Below, one piece after another: positions 44,537 to 57,724 of a stretch of DNA of 64,000 nucleotides. Under the pieces are notes generated by a model. The model had not been told where the DNA came from. It was given only the letters and a program-made list of their open reading frames with translations, and made no database searches. A program made the translations under genes and the position numbers. Numbering within the stretch: position 1 is the first letter of the stretch; each line of letters begins with the position of its first letter. This DNA comes from Dehalococcoidia bacterium. Lineage in GTDB: Bacteria; Chloroflexota; Dehalococcoidia; UBA2979. The DNA lies in the NCBI GenBank assembly GCA_965262725.1, contig OZ253555.1, forward strand, positions 1,440,001 through 1,504,000. The letters are read 5' to 3'.

Positions 44537-45642
44537 TCCCGCCGCCTGACGCTCGCGACCAGGGTCTGCGCGCGATCAAGCACACTCAGGATCCGCATCA
44601 CGGTCTCAGACTTACTCGTCGCGACCTGTGTCGCGGTGGGTCACGCGTATCTCACCTGACATGATGCGCGGTAGCACCAAGTCCCGACCACCGGCCAACG
44701 TGCGCGAGAGTTCCGAACTCGAATCTGACGATGCATAGAGGGGATCGGCTAGGTTCGCGAAACCAAGGAGTACAGACTCAGGTGGGACCACCACTGGTTG
44801 TGTCTTGAGATCCCGCTGGGTTATCAGTGGCTGAGTTGAACCGCGGTTCAAGTTAGACAGGTCCATTTCGCGGACGACTCCAAAGAGCCAGGCGAACTCG
44901 GGGTTGCCTCTGGGAATGATGACTAGCGTGTTATCTGACGGCCACACAGGGAAGTTGACACGGTGTACGACCCCGAGAGTGCCGACGCGTCCCGTGATTA
45001 TGATGGGGAAGTCAAAGCGCGCGTCCGTGGTGTACGCCATTGCTCCCGCGCCCCCGAAGACAGGGACGTCGGCCTCGACCCCAGGGCACGAATGCCGTTG
45101 CTCCGGTCGCTTCCCACTGAAGATGTCAGCCACGTCGCCCAGCGTTTTCGCCTCCCACCCCGCCGGTATCTCCCCCAGCTCTGATGTCTCGAACGATGCG
45201 GGGAACAGCGCGTCGAGGTTGGGAAGGAGGCCCGAGGACCGACCCTCGGCCTTCGCGCGCACTGGGTCGAAGTCCACGAACCACGACCGAAACAGCGACC
45301 GCGCCATCTCTTCGAGGGTCTCGCTCATGCGCCGGTTCATCTCGATCCGGTCGTCGAGCGCGCCGAGCACGCGCGCGATGGCGCGCTGCTCGGCGAGGGG
45401 CGGGAGGGGGAGTTCGACGAGGCCGATGTCCGCCTTCCTCAGTCCGAATCGGGTCACACCGTTCGCGTATGCGTGAAACTGCTGCTGTACTCCTCGTGTC
45501 TTGAGCGTATAGAAGAGATATGTGCCGTCGATCTCCCGCTTGGCGCGGAGGATCGCGAGATGGTAGCCACACAGGAGGTTCGGGAGATTCTCCCGTACCA
45601 GTGCTGGAACCCCTATGTCGTCATGCGCCTCCGAGTCCTTAG

Positions 45643-46843
45643 GGCAAGTCTGGACAAGTGGGTCTGGCGGCGCAAAACGGGCGCGAGGAGCGCTTCTCGC
45701 GGGCGGGTTCGATGAAGTGAGCCATGTTCGGCCCTCTCAGGGCCCCTGCGGCTTCCCGTCCTCGCCTCTCTGGGGCGAGGTGGGCACACTCCACCCACGG
45801 TCAGGCACAGTGCGGCTTTGCGGTGAGCAGATTATGGACCCCCAGCAAGACCGCACACCGCTCGTGGTTCTTGAAGAGGCCCCGGTACCGCACCTTGGCG
45901 TAGTCGAAGCGCCGCTTCACCGTATAGAACGGGTGCTCCACCAGCGCCCGCGCCGACGCCTTCCGTTTCTCCTCGACGGCCTCAGGACTCTCCGGGTCGA
46001 GCTGACGCCGTAGGCCCGGGCGCATCGCCACGTTCCAGTTGTCGACCCCCGAGTCCGCGTTCTCGGGTCGCTTGTCCACGCCCCGGTATCCGGCATCGCC
46101 GTAGACTTCGGCTTCCTCGCCGTGCAGCAGACGGTACGTCTCCGACACGTCCGACACGTTCGCAGGCGTCGTCGTGAAGCTGTGGACCAGGCCCGTGTCC
46201 CTGTCCGCGCCGATGTGCAGCTTCATCCCGAAATACCACTGGTTGCCCTTCTTGGTCTGATGCATCTCGGGGTCCCGCGCCCGCTCGCGATTCTGCGTCG
46301 ACGACGGCGCCGAGATGATGGTCGCGTCCACGATGCTGCCCTCGCTCAGCTTCAATCCCTCGCTCGCAAGGTGCTCGTTGATGAGCTCGAAGATCCTGCT
46401 CCCCAGGGAGTGGCGCTCGAGCAGGTGACGGAATGTGAGGATGGTCGTCTCGTCGGGGATCGGCCCGCGCAGGGTGAGGTGGCAGAAGGCTCGCACCGAC
46501 TCGGCCTCGTGGAGGAGGTCCTCCGTGCCGGGGTCGCTGAGGTTGTAGCAGAGCTGCACGATGTGGATGCGCAGCATCACGGAGAGAGGGTAGGGCCTCC
46601 GCCCGCGGCCGGGTTTCGGGTAGTGGGGCCCGATGGCTGCTTCGAACCTCTCCCACGGGACGAGGCCGTCCAGCCGCTCGAGGAACTTCTGGCGGCGCGT
46701 CGTGTAGCCATCCTGCTCGAACTCGACCCTGGCGAATGTGGGCTGATGCATGGCACGCTCCCATCCCTGTTACGCGTCAGGATCTCACCTGATCAGCAGA
46801 GTGCGCAATACTCTGCTGTCGTGCCAACTTTCCCAGAGCTCCC
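45643..46843 (-). mobile_element. Complete IS5 family element in hsdS
   Basis: Imperfect IR GGCAAGTCTGGACAAG / CTTTCCCAGAGCTCCC; TTAG duplicated at 45639-45642 and 46844-46847. Confidence 0.92.
45801..46751 (-). CDS. IS5 family transposase
   Basis: IPDETTIL, IVDATII, RDPEMHQTKKGNQWYFGMK, YGDAGY, RALVEHPF. Confidence 0.95.
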   Translation of the reverse strand: MHQPTFARVEFEQDGYTTRRQKFLERLDGLVPWERFEAAIGPHYPKPGRGRRPYPLSVMLRIHIVQLCYNLSDPGTEDLLHEAESVRAFCHLTLRGPIPDETTILTFRHLLERHSLGSRIFELINEHLASEGLKLSEGSIVDATIISAPSSTQNRERARDPEMHQTKKGNQWYFGMKLHIGADRDTGLVHSFTTTPANVSDVSETYRLLHGEEAEVYGDAGYRGVDKRPENADSGVDNWNVAMRPGLRRQLDPESPEAVEEKRKASARALVEHPFYTVKRRFDYAKVRYRGLFKNHERCAVLLGVHNLLTAKPHCA

Positions 46844-47375
46844 TTAGTGATGATCACATCGCCCTCGTAGAGAGAGCACCTGCTGATCTCGCGATCGGTA
46901 GCGGTCGCGGGCATGAAGGCCATGTCCGCATAGATGAAGTCGTAGTTATACACGTCCGTGTAGTTGCAGAGCAGAACCGGACGCTCGCCGGCCTTCGACT
47001 TCTTGTCGACACTGCTGAGCGTGAGTTCCACGACCTCGCCGAGAGCCACCGCCGGCCACTCAGCGTCCCGTGGAGCTTCCTGCATCACTACGCAGTCCGA
47101 CTCGATCGCCTCACGGAAGCCGTCCGCGATGGAGTGCCAGTCGACCACGTCCACCCGCATGGGCAGCCGGGACTCTTCGAAGGCCTCCTTGAGCCGAGCG
47201 AGAGCCCCGCGTGGTAGCGGCCCCTCACCGACGACGGCCAGGTCGAGGTCCGAGTAGTCCTTCGCGTTCCAGATCGCCCGGGATCCGAATGCTCGCACCT
47301 CGCACGCCGGCACATGCTCGGCCAGGATGCGCGCGACGATCGCCAGATCGGGGGGGCTGAGGTCAACCGAGACCT

Positions 47376-47795
47376 TCACTCCCACGCCTCTCCGGTAAGA
47401 GCCCCGTGGAGCTGGACGGCGTCCGACACGAACTCCGGCATGACCGCGATGGCATTCGCCGCCTTCGCCCTGTCGTAGTCATGGGTCGTGTCGATCCGTG
47501 TCTGGATGTAGCGCTCCCACTGCCGACCCCCGGCCGCCAGGAGACCGTTCTCGTCAGCCATCCGGAAGACAGGCCTAGGGCTGTTGGGAACCTCGACGAT
47601 GCCGAGCGACTCGACCAGATGGCGCCGGAGCACCTTCCACAGCACGTCGTAGCAAGTCTCGAAGCGCTGAATCACCGACTCGGCCATGGCCTCGTGGACG
47701 AACGACGGATAGTCCGGCGACAGATGCAGCAGGTGCGCGTGCTGCATCTCCAGGTTCTTCAGTGACTTCCGGAAGTTTCCGTAGTCGATCGCCAT
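47376..47795 (-). CDS. HEPN protein (NTase substrate-binding/HI0074-like), putative RNase toxin
   Basis: VIQRFETCY, SPRPVFR, RIDTTHDY (Rx4HxY); its stop overlaps the MNT-HsdS start. Confidence 0.85.
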   Translation of the reverse strand: MAIDYGNFRKSLKNLEMQHAHLLHLSPDYPSFVHEAMAESVIQRFETCYDVLWKVLRRHLVESLGIVEVPNSPRPVFRMADENGLLAAGGRQWERYIQTRIDTTHDYDRAKAANAIAVMPEFVSDAVQLHGALTGEAWE

Positions 47796-47882
47796 CTTGT
47801 TTGCGCCGCCTCTGGTCCGATCCGCCTCGACCGCCATTCTAGGACCCGGAGCGCGGGGCGGTGATGACGCGGCCCCTCCGTA

Positions 47883-49480
<1,598 letters not shown>

Positions 49481-49484
<4 letters not shown>

Positions 49485-49717
49485 CGCACCTCACCGCCCT
49501 CGGCGCGCCACTTCGCCACCTCATGTCTGGCGCTCTTGCCCCCGGGGCCGTAGCCGTACCTAATCAGGAACTCAGGAACGCCGCCATACTCGATCGAGAT
49601 GACGGCGGACTCAGCGGTCTTGTCGTGGCCGGGCAGGAAGAAGGAGCCGATCGTCGTCTCGGCACCGCAACCGCACCAACACTCACCAGTCGGCAGCAGG
49701 CGTTCTGATGAGGCCAC
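49481..49717 (-). CDS. Small Cys/His-rich protein translationally coupled to hsdM
   Basis: CWCGCG...FLPGHD; RBS GGAGGAG; ATGA overlap with hsdM. Confidence 0.65.
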
Positions 49718-50171
49718 TCGGGTTGTCTCCTCCGGGAAAGGTCTGCCTCAGCAGTCTTGGACGATGCCCAAGGATATGCTTCTGGATCAGGGTCGTCCAA
49801 GGCAGCGAGCGATCGTGTGCGGGCCGGTCGCGGTCGTCGTCGAGGTCGCGGCGCAGCGCCTGATGAGCACGCTTGAAGCCAGCCGTGAAGCATCCCTCGG
49901 CCGTCAACACCCGATGGGCGGCTCACTCCCGGCAACGGGAAACCTGACCGCCCACGCCGCAGTCCGACGCGTCCCGCCCCATGGCGGATCGATGCTCGGC
50001 GCACCGCCGCGGAGCTTGCTCGCATGTCGGTCGATGTGATCAGCTGCGCTCAAGAAGACGCGAACGACGCACCGCCGCGGCGCGCCCCCCGGCAGGTGGC
50101 GAGATTCTCGCCACCCCCCTCGACGGCCTGCTAGCATCAGCGCCTGCTCGACATCCCCCCGGGAGGCGGCG

Positions 50172-52035
50172 ATGGTTCTCTGGGCGATCATTCCCGGCCG
50201 GGGCGGGGAGTACGAGGCGGACTTCCTCGAACACCAGCACGTCGGGGTCGGCTACGGGTACGAGCAGGATCTCCGGGCGGTCGCGTCCAGGGACGAGCTG
50301 AGGGACGAACACGACGAGGGCCCCGACTCGCTCTGGCGCTTCTACGCGGAGCTGGAGACGGGTGCGCTGGTGGCGGTGCCGTTCACCGGGTCGCGAGTCT
50401 ACGTGGGCGAAATCACCGGGGACTACGAGTTCCGGCGGGATGTCGCCCCCTACCACATCCGCACCGTGCAGTGGTGGGCGGAGGACATACCGGACGGCGA
50501 GCTCGACAGCGACCTCTTCCATTCAATCAGGAGCGAGCAGGCCGTGCACCGCGTGCAGGTGCCCGGCGCGGAGCAGCGAGTGCGCAGGCTGGCGTGGGGC
50601 CGGATCGACTCCTGGCTCGAGCGGGCACAGGCGTTCACCGGGTCCGGGAAGCTGGACGCCGACGAGATGGCGTACAAGCGCGAGATCATCGCGGCCCTCC
50701 GCCGGGCGCGCGACGCCGTGATCTCAGGCGACGGCGACTGGCCCGCGCTGATCAGGACGGCGATAGGCGTCCCCGGAAGTCCCATGGACTGGCGCGCCGG
50801 GCAGCCGCTCTACGCCTGGTTTGCGTCCGAGCCCGCGAGCGCGCGTGCCGCGATGCGTGCCTTCTGGGCGAATGACGAGACGCCGCTCGGGGAGCGTATC
50901 CGCGCCCTCGTCCGCCGCATCCCCGAGACCGGCGGGTTCACGAAGTCGCAGGTAGGGACGACGCTCCGGCCGGTTGCGGCCCTGCTGATGGCGCTGGGGC
51001 CCGAGTTCCCGCCCTTCGCGAGATACTCGTTCGACGAGGCCTACAAGCTCACGCGCTATCCGCGCTCGCGCGCGGGCGCGGACCAGGGGGCGATGTACGA
51101 GCACGCGCTGGGCTTCCTCGACCGGCTCGTCGAGCGCGCTGGCGAGCTGGGCTACGAACGTCCTGCGGACCGCCTTGAGGCGCAATCAATCGTGTGGATG
51201 ATGCGCGACGATCAGGGGGAGGAGGACGAACGCCGACCAACGCCTCCGGGCACGCGCGCGGAACCCGTATGCGATCTGGATGCGCTGGCGGGCGAACTCC
51301 TGCTGCCTGCCGCCTTCCTGCGGACGATCGAGCGATTGCTGGCCGACGCGCGCAAGCCGCAGGTCATCTTTCAGGGACCACCGGGGACGGGAAAGACCTA
51401 CGTCGCGCGGAAGCTGGCGGAGTGCCTGGCCGGCGCGCCGGATCGCGTGCGGCTCGTCCAGTTTCACCCCTCGTATGCCTATGAGGACTTCGTGCAGGGC
51501 TACCGGCCGGTAGTCGACGCGGAGGGCCGCGCGGGCTTCCGCCTGCGGGACGGGCCGCTGGTGCAAATGGCGAAGCGCGCGCTGGCCGACCATGCGCACG
51601 GCCTCACGACGAAGTACTTCCTGGTCGTCGACGAGATCAACCGAGGGAACCTCGCCAAGGTGCTGGGCGAGCTCTACTTCCTGCTTGAGTACCGGAACGA
51701 GACAATCGAACTTCAGTACTCCGCCGAGCCCTTCGCGCTGCCTCCGAACCTACACATCATCGGCACGATGAACACCGCCGACCGTTCGATCGCGCTGGTC
51801 GATCTCGCACTTCGCCGCCGCTTCCACTTCGTCGAGTTCCATCTCGACAGGAAGCCCGTCAAGGGCCTGCTGAGGAGGTGGCTCGAGGCGAACGCGGGCG
51901 GCATGGAGTGGGTCGCCGACGTCGTCGACCTCGCCAACGAGAAGCTCGCGAACAGGGACGCCGCCATCGGCCCGAGCTACTTCATGCGGGAGGGGATCGA
52001 TGAGGAGCAGGTCAGACTCGTCTGGAAGCATGACG
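50172..52035 (+). pseudogene. mcrB: McrB-like AAA+ GTPase with N-terminal PUA-like domain, C-terminus deleted
   Basis: GPPGTGKT, QFHPSYAYEDF, DEINRG, MNTADRS, LRRRF; homology ends at VWKH. Confidence 0.85.
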
Positions 52036-52827
52036 CTCCGGCGGCGATTCGACATCCCCCTGCCAGTCGACGTGCGCTACGACGACTTCACGGACGACAT
52101 CACCGCCAACCGGCTGGTGAAGGCAGCATGCGCGCGTCTCGGGGGGATGCGCATCGGGGACCGCCGGTCACGTGAGGGCCTTCGCCGCGTCGAGGCGACG
52201 CTCGCGAACGTCGCCCTGGTGCCGTTCAGTCCGCGCGACGTACCGGCCGTCGCGTTCGACCGGCTGAACGAGCACTACCGCGAGGTCGTGGACCTGTCGC
52301 GGCTCATCCTGCGCCACTGGACCCTCGAGGCGGTGCGCGGAGATGTGCGAGCATCCGGCTTCCTCATGGACATGAATGTCGTCTTTCAGCAGTTCGTGAC
52401 GCGTGCGCTGCGGAGCGAGCTCCGCCTCTCGGAGCGAGCGTTCCGCTCGGACAGCCGCGCCGCCGGGACGTTCGACACGACGGGGCGAAGGCAGATTAAG
52501 CCCGACTTCTCTTGGTGGCTGGGTGCGCAATGCGTGTTCGCCGGGGATGCAAAGTACAAGCGGGCGGATGACGGGCGCGTCCCCAGCGCCGACCTGTACC
52601 AAGCGCTCGCCTATGCGACCGCGCTCAATATCCCCGGCGCATTGCTGGCCTACGCCGAGGGCGCGCCCGAGGTGTACGACGTGCGCCACTCCAGCAAGCG
52701 GCTGGAGGTGGCAACGGTGAGCCTCGCCGGGACGATCGATGACCTGCGAGCCTCCATCGTGGGGCTCGCGGAGCGCGTCCGCCGCTTGCGTGCCAAAACG
52801 CTGCGTCAGCGGCGCCGCGCAGCTTAG
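52035..52827 (+). pseudogene. mcrC: McrC-like nuclease, N-terminal half deleted
   Basis: YDDFTDDITANRL, DMNVVFQQFV, IKPD...DAKYK, DLYQALAY. Confidence 0.8.
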
Positions 52828-52859
52828 CGAGAAGCCCTCCGGGTTGTTCTGCAGCACTC

Positions 52860-53858
52860 ATGGGGTGTCGTGCCAGGAGCACTGATCCATTAGGCCGTCG
52901 CAGGAACCAACCCGCCGGGTCGCACGAGCAGCGCGAAGCGGGAGAGGAACTGAGACACGATGGCCTTGTACCTGGGCGGAGGTACTGGAGCTGCCACGGA
53001 CCTGAGGACTGGCACCGGGCCATCGCCGCGGAAGGGGGTGAGCTGGTGTGGGAGGACCCGCTCGCCGAGCTGCCTCGTCGGAGTAATAGCGCGGATTGGG
53101 ACGCAAGCCTGGGCGGAGTGAGCCCAGACGGCCAGACGCTGGTGGCGCATGTCTGCGAGCGAGGAGTCTGTTGGGAGTTCGATCGCCCGCCGAGCGAGGA
53201 TGCAGTAGAGGGGCTCTGGGCTTCTGTCGACGGGGGCGAGACGTGGGAGAGGTGGGGCGACTTCCCGAAGGGGCTGGTGCGGGAGTGGGTCTCGGTCGTG
53301 ACGGAGGAGGATGTCGTTGTCTTCTCGCCCTCGGACGCAACTGACGCGTACCGGGCGTGGTGGTTCCGCTCGGGGGAGGACATGGCGCCGCCGGAGGGCA
53401 TCGACCACCCGCGCATCCTGGGGTGGCGCACCGGCGGAGACGCCCCCGAGCCCATCTGGGAGGATGGCGACGGCACCGTCGCTGTCTCTGCCTCCGGTGA
53501 TGATCTTCCCAGGCCTCCCGGCTATTCGTTCGCGATCCCCCTTCCCGACGGCTCGATGCTGTGGAGCGAGGTCACATTGCGCCATGGGAACCGGGAGAGG
53601 CCGGGGGCGCGAGACCTCGTCCTTTACCTGAGCGACCAGGGCGAAACCGTGTGGGCGTATTCGTGGGACGGGCCGCGCTCGCTTGTGCTGATCGGCCACG
53701 TGGAAGGGCAGCTCTTTGCGGGATTCCTCGGAACCTGGTCATGCGGGGACGGAGTGGACGCGGTCCTGGTGGACCTGGGGTCGCGCTCTCTCCATACCCT
53801 CCTCGGGATCGAGGGGGGCACCGTTGTTCCCTTCGCGGCGCGGCCGGCACCCGACTAG
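52860..53858 (+). CDS. Hypothetical protein with an Asp-box (BNR) motif, probably part of a secreted protein
   Basis: WASVDGGETW; plausible globular composition; start uncertain. Confidence 0.45.
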   Translation: MGCRARSTDPLGRRRNQPAGSHEQREAGEELRHDGLVPGRRYWSCHGPEDWHRAIAAEGGELVWEDPLAELPRRSNSADWDASLGGVSPDGQTLVAHVCERGVCWEFDRPPSEDAVEGLWASVDGGETWERWGDFPKGLVREWVSVVTEEDVVVFSPSDATDAYRAWWFRSGEDMAPPEGIDHPRILGWRTGGDAPEPIWEDGDGTVAVSASGDDLPRPPGYSFAIPLPDGSMLWSEVTLRHGNRERPGARDLVLYLSDQGETVWAYSWDGPRSLVLIGHVEGQLFAGFLGTWSCGDGVDAVLVDLGSRSLHTLLGIEGGTVVPFAARPAPD

Positions 53859-54393
53859 CCTCCCGCGTTGACTCCTGCTGCCCGCGCGCGCCCTGCGCGT
53901 GACGCGTGCCTCCGGGCTTGCTCATCCCTCGAGGCGCACGCCGTCGGAATGCCAGCGGAGGTCGTCGCCGTGCGCGCAGCCATCGACGCCGTCGTCGGTG
54001 CGGATGTGCATCCAGCCGCGGGAGATGCCGTCGGGCTCGGCGACCGTGCGGTTCGGCAGGCACGCCACGATCGGCGCGGCGACCGAGTCGCCCTTCGCAC
54101 ACGGTCAGGCACGTGTCGACGGCGACCTCGACCGGCAGGCGATCGTCGAACCGCGCTGACGCTCCCCGTCTCGATCTCGGCACCTGCGAGTGGACAATTT
54201 ACCAGCTGCGCGCTGATCCCCCCAAATCGGGATCGTATCGGTCCCCCGAAGATCTGGGAGGACTCGCCCCGGAGTGTCAGTCGGGAGCGACCGCCCGGGG
54301 CAACCGACCTTCGTCGCGCAACCGCATTCCGGGACCTCTGGTGGTCGCGCTCGCCGCACGCGGCGTCGACATCCTGAGTGCGAGCGCGCCGCG

Positions 54394-56925
54394 CTACGCC
54401 TCCTCGAGGTCCTCGGTGAGGGCGGACGCGAGCTGCTCGCCCCCGGACTGGGAGCGGACCCCGTCGACGAGATCGAGGTCGCCGAGGCGCCGGATCGCCC
54501 GCACGAGCGGGGCGACTCGCTTGCCCGTGGGGGAGGAGAAGAGGCGCTCGATGATCTCCTTTCCGTCACGCGAGGGCCTCCCGGAGGCACCCAGCACGGC
54601 CCGCTCCCTGGGCGTGGACCACCTCAGGACCTCGTAGAGCCAGTCCCCGAGGGCCGCGTCGTCGCCCGCTGCACCGGCGAGACCGACGTACTCGAGCGCC
54701 GGCCCCTCACGGGCCAGAGCCGCTCGCTCCGCGGTCGAGCCACCCTCCGCTGCGCGCAAGATTCCCAGCAGGCTCCGCGACTCCTCGGCGCTCGTCTGCA
54801 GTGCCCTCCCCCGCGACGGCGCGTACTCGGTCAGCCGCCCCGCGGCGGCCGCCGCAAGCGGCTCCCATGTGATATCCGGGTCCGCGCGTGAGAGCACCTC
54901 GAGCGCGCGCAGGGTCTCCCCCGGCTCCTCCGCCACGCGCTTCGCGAGCGCCTCCTCGAACGTCGGCCGGTCCGCCGGCTCGACCGAGAGCCTCGCAGCG
55001 CAGTCCTCCCAGCCCGGCAGCGCGGCGTAGGCTGCGAGGGCGTCGCAAACTCGCTCCGCGTCGCCGGACGCCCGCACCGTCAGCCACTCGAACCGGCGCA
55101 GGAGCGCGTGCGCTCCCTCGGCCCAGCCCGCACCGCCGCCTGCGTCGATAGCGACGGCCGTCGCCCTCGCCGCGATCGCCTCCGCGTCGGCCCGGCCGAC
55201 GAGCGAGAACAGATCCGCGAGGCGCGCGGCCACCGAGGGAGTCAGCGGCGGCCACACCTCGGCCTCGCGCCCGCCCCGGGCGAGCAGCTCGGTGACGTCT
55301 CGCCATTCGTCGTCGGGGCGGAGCTCCTCCGGGATCTCCGCAAGGCGGCTCGCGGCGAGCAGAAGGGTGGGCGGCGACGACGAGGGCACCCGCATGAACC
55401 CGGACCCGGCGAGCGCTTCCCAGAACCCCGTCCGGCCGGCGAGCTCCACGAGCCCGTCCGCCTCCTCCCGCATCAGGGAATTGTCGATGAGGGGTCCGTA
55501 GAGCAGCTGCAGCGCGCGCTCCGGAGGAGCACCGAATGCGATGGCCGCGAGATGCGCCTCGACGCGCGCATCGAGGAGAGGAGCGACGCCGGGCAGAATC
55601 GGATCCTCCCGGCGCAGGTCGGCGGCCACCTCGGGGCCCTGCTTCCGCTGGCTCGCGTAGTACGCGAGGCTCGCGATCGGGAGGTCGTGCTGCCAGCGCC
55701 GGTGCAGCGCGCCGATGCCGTTGACGTAGAGCTTCAGCTCTCGGGGACTCGGCGCCCGATCGCCTCCCGCAAGCTGGTGCTGGTAGAGGCGGTAGAGAGC
55801 GTAGTGGTCGGTGTCGTGCTCCGGGAGTGCGCGGCGCAGCAGCGAGGCGAGGTACTCGCGCCAGTCGCTGAGCAGCAGCAGCGGCACCTCGAAGTGCACC
55901 TGGATGCTCTTGTCGAGGAAGGACTCCGCCAGCGTGCGCGGCGGTGATCCTCCCACCTCGGGGCGGGCGACCAGGCCGTCCCACAGGCGGTCGATAGCGC
56001 CCTTGTCGTACGGCAGCAGCACCCAGAGCGAGTCGAGCCAGGGCGGGCGCGGATCGCTAGTGTGGTGCAGGAACGTCTGTAGCGTCGCCCACACCGCGCG
56101 TGCGTCCTCGGGAGCCACGCGGTCGAGGTTGTCGACGACGAGGACGAGACGTCTCGTGGGATGACCATCGAGCGCGGCGCACATGAGGTCGCCGAACTCG
56201 CGCTCGAACTCGACGGATGTCGGGTCCGGCGTCTCGACCGTCTCGCGGTCGGACTGCGTGACCGACTGCACCGAGAACAGCTCGAGCCACCGGGCGGCGG
56301 AGTCGTCCCGCCGGAGGCAGTGGGCAAGCCCCGCTACGGCGAGCGCGAAGACCGCCAGCCCGCCGAGGATCCCGGCACCCGAGCGCCAGGTGGCGGGATC
56401 GCCCGAAGAGAGCCCCGCGTTCAGCAGCGCGACGCCCGACGGCACCAGGACAGCGAAGAGGACGCCTGCCACGATGCCCGCCGGCGTGATCCTGGGCCGC
56501 GTGTGCTCGACGCGGTCCCTCCTGGAGAGGCTCTCACGCCGTTCGCGCCACTTCTTGCCGTCGACCCACTCCTTCTCACCGAGCAGGATGTCGATGAGCG
56601 TCTCGAGAAAGGAGCGGCGCAGGGGATCGCCCTCGTGCGCCCAGGCGTCGAAGACCGCGACGCGCTCGTCCTGGCCGCTCATGCGCTCGGCGAGGAGCCG
56701 GACGACCGTGGACTTCCCGGAACCCCAGCGGCCCTCGAGCCCGATCGTGCGCCCGCCGTCCTCACGGGTGATCAGCTCATGGATGGCGGCGGCGATCGGC
56801 TCGTGCGATCCGAACTGGTCCTCGTCGACCGGCGCATCGTCGAGCGTCCACGTGGGGCACGACGCACCCGGACGCGCATCGTCAGCGATGGCGGGGCTCC
56901 TGTCGGGCGGGGAGAGGCCGGCCAT
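54394..56925 (-). CDS. KAP family P-loop NTPase with two transmembrane helices
   Basis: GLEGRWGSGKS, FDAWAH, hydrophobic hairpin, VVDNLDR, FLDKSIQ, SPRELK. Confidence 0.85.
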   Translation of the reverse strand: MAGLSPPDRSPAIADDARPGASCPTWTLDDAPVDEDQFGSHEPIAAAIHELITREDGGRTIGLEGRWGSGKSTVVRLLAERMSGQDERVAVFDAWAHEGDPLRRSFLETLIDILLGEKEWVDGKKWRERRESLSRRDRVEHTRPRITPAGIVAGVLFAVLVPSGVALLNAGLSSGDPATWRSGAGILGGLAVFALAVAGLAHCLRRDDSAARWLELFSVQSVTQSDRETVETPDPTSVEFEREFGDLMCAALDGHPTRRLVLVVDNLDRVAPEDARAVWATLQTFLHHTSDPRPPWLDSLWVLLPYDKGAIDRLWDGLVARPEVGGSPPRTLAESFLDKSIQVHFEVPLLLLSDWREYLASLLRRALPEHDTDHYALYRLYQHQLAGGDRAPSPRELKLYVNGIGALHRRWQHDLPIASLAYYASQRKQGPEVAADLRREDPILPGVAPLLDARVEAHLAAIAFGAPPERALQLLYGPLIDNSLMREEADGLVELAGRTGFWEALAGSGFMRVPSSSPPTLLLAASRLAEIPEELRPDDEWRDVTELLARGGREAEVWPPLTPSVAARLADLFSLVGRADAEAIAARATAVAIDAGGGAGWAEGAHALLRRFEWLTVRASGDAERVCDALAAYAALPGWEDCAARLSVEPADRPTFEEALAKRVAEEPGETLRALEVLSRADPDITWEPLAAAAAGRLTEYAPSRGRALQTSAEESRSLLGILRAAEGGSTAERAALAREGPALEYVGLAGAAGDDAALGDWLYEVLRWSTPRERAVLGASGRPSRDGKEIIERLFSSPTGKRVAPLVRAIRRLGDLDLVDGVRSQSGGEQLASALTEDLEEA

Positions 56926-57175
56926 CGGCGTGAGAGCGAGATCATACGCCCGGCCGCGCGGGCGGCACACCAAGGGGAGGGCTCCTCCGCGCCTCCCTCG
57001 CCGGTGCGCGTGCGGCAGGGGTGAGCAGCCGGCGCTGCGCCCGGGCGAGCGAGAGGAGGCGGGCGGCCGCGGTCGCCCGCCCGCCGTACACGCCCCGGCG
57101 AGGCGCCGGCTGAGCCGCCCGCTCCGCGGGCCGGGCACCGCGCGTCGGCTGCCCCGCTCACGTCCCGATCCCCCG

Positions 57176-57226
57176 CCCGTGCCGGTGCCCGTGCCGGTGC
57201 CCGTGCCCGTGCCCGTGCCCGTGCCG
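57176..57226. repeat. Hexamer microsatellite, about 8 copies of GTGCC(C/G)
   Basis: Tandem GTGCCG/GTGCCC units. Confidence 0.85.
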
Positions 57227-57489
57227 CGAAGCCTCAACGGCGCCGGAGGACGTGGCGACCCCGTCCGTCTCAGGGCGTGCGAGGGGAGGGGACGTCACAA
57301 CCGACCGCGCAGCCGGCGCGTCGGCCGGCTAGACCCAAGCCGGCTGCCGGTCCAGGGACGAGCGGCGAACTGCCGCGTCGGGGACGTGCCGGGCCGTGAC
57401 GTCCGTGACGAGATCGAAGAACCACGAGCCAGCTCCCGGTGCGACGATCACTTCCCCGATGAGCAGGCCCAGGTCGACCCTGTCCCGGA

Positions 57490-57724
57490 CGCCGGGGGCT
57501 TCAGCCTTGTCGTACACGAGGGCGGCAGCGTCGAAGAACTTGTGGCCTGCGCCCAGGGCCTGCACGTCACGGCGCTCTACGCGCTGGTCGAGGGCGAGTA
57601 CGTCTCCTACATCCTCGGCGCGCCGCAGTTCGTGAACGAGGACTTCGCCGGGCTCTTCGCCGACAGCGTTCCCCCGCTCACGCCGTTCGTCGTCAAGAGC
57701 GAGGGGCCTCCCGCAGCCAACTGA
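57490..57724 (+). pseudogene. 3' fragment of a probable surface protein
   Basis: GFSLVVHEGGSVEELVACA...YVSYILGAPQFVN with strong GC3 codon bias and no start. Confidence 0.45.

Larger units (their letters stand above)
44612..47379 (-). pseudogene. hsdS: MNT nucleotidyltransferase-HsdS fusion (about 520 aa) split by IS5
   Basis: N-terminal FGSRAIWNAKDYSDLDL; removing IS5 and one TTAG restores DVIITK-DSEAHDDIG in frame; LPPLAEQRAIA, two TRDs, RDLVLPRIMSGE. Confidence 0.9.

Noticed and set aside
56926-57237. GTGTGT-repeat N-terminal extension of the KAP NTPase
   Set aside because: It comes from the hexamer microsatellite and low-complexity GC-rich DNA; domain homology starts after 56925.
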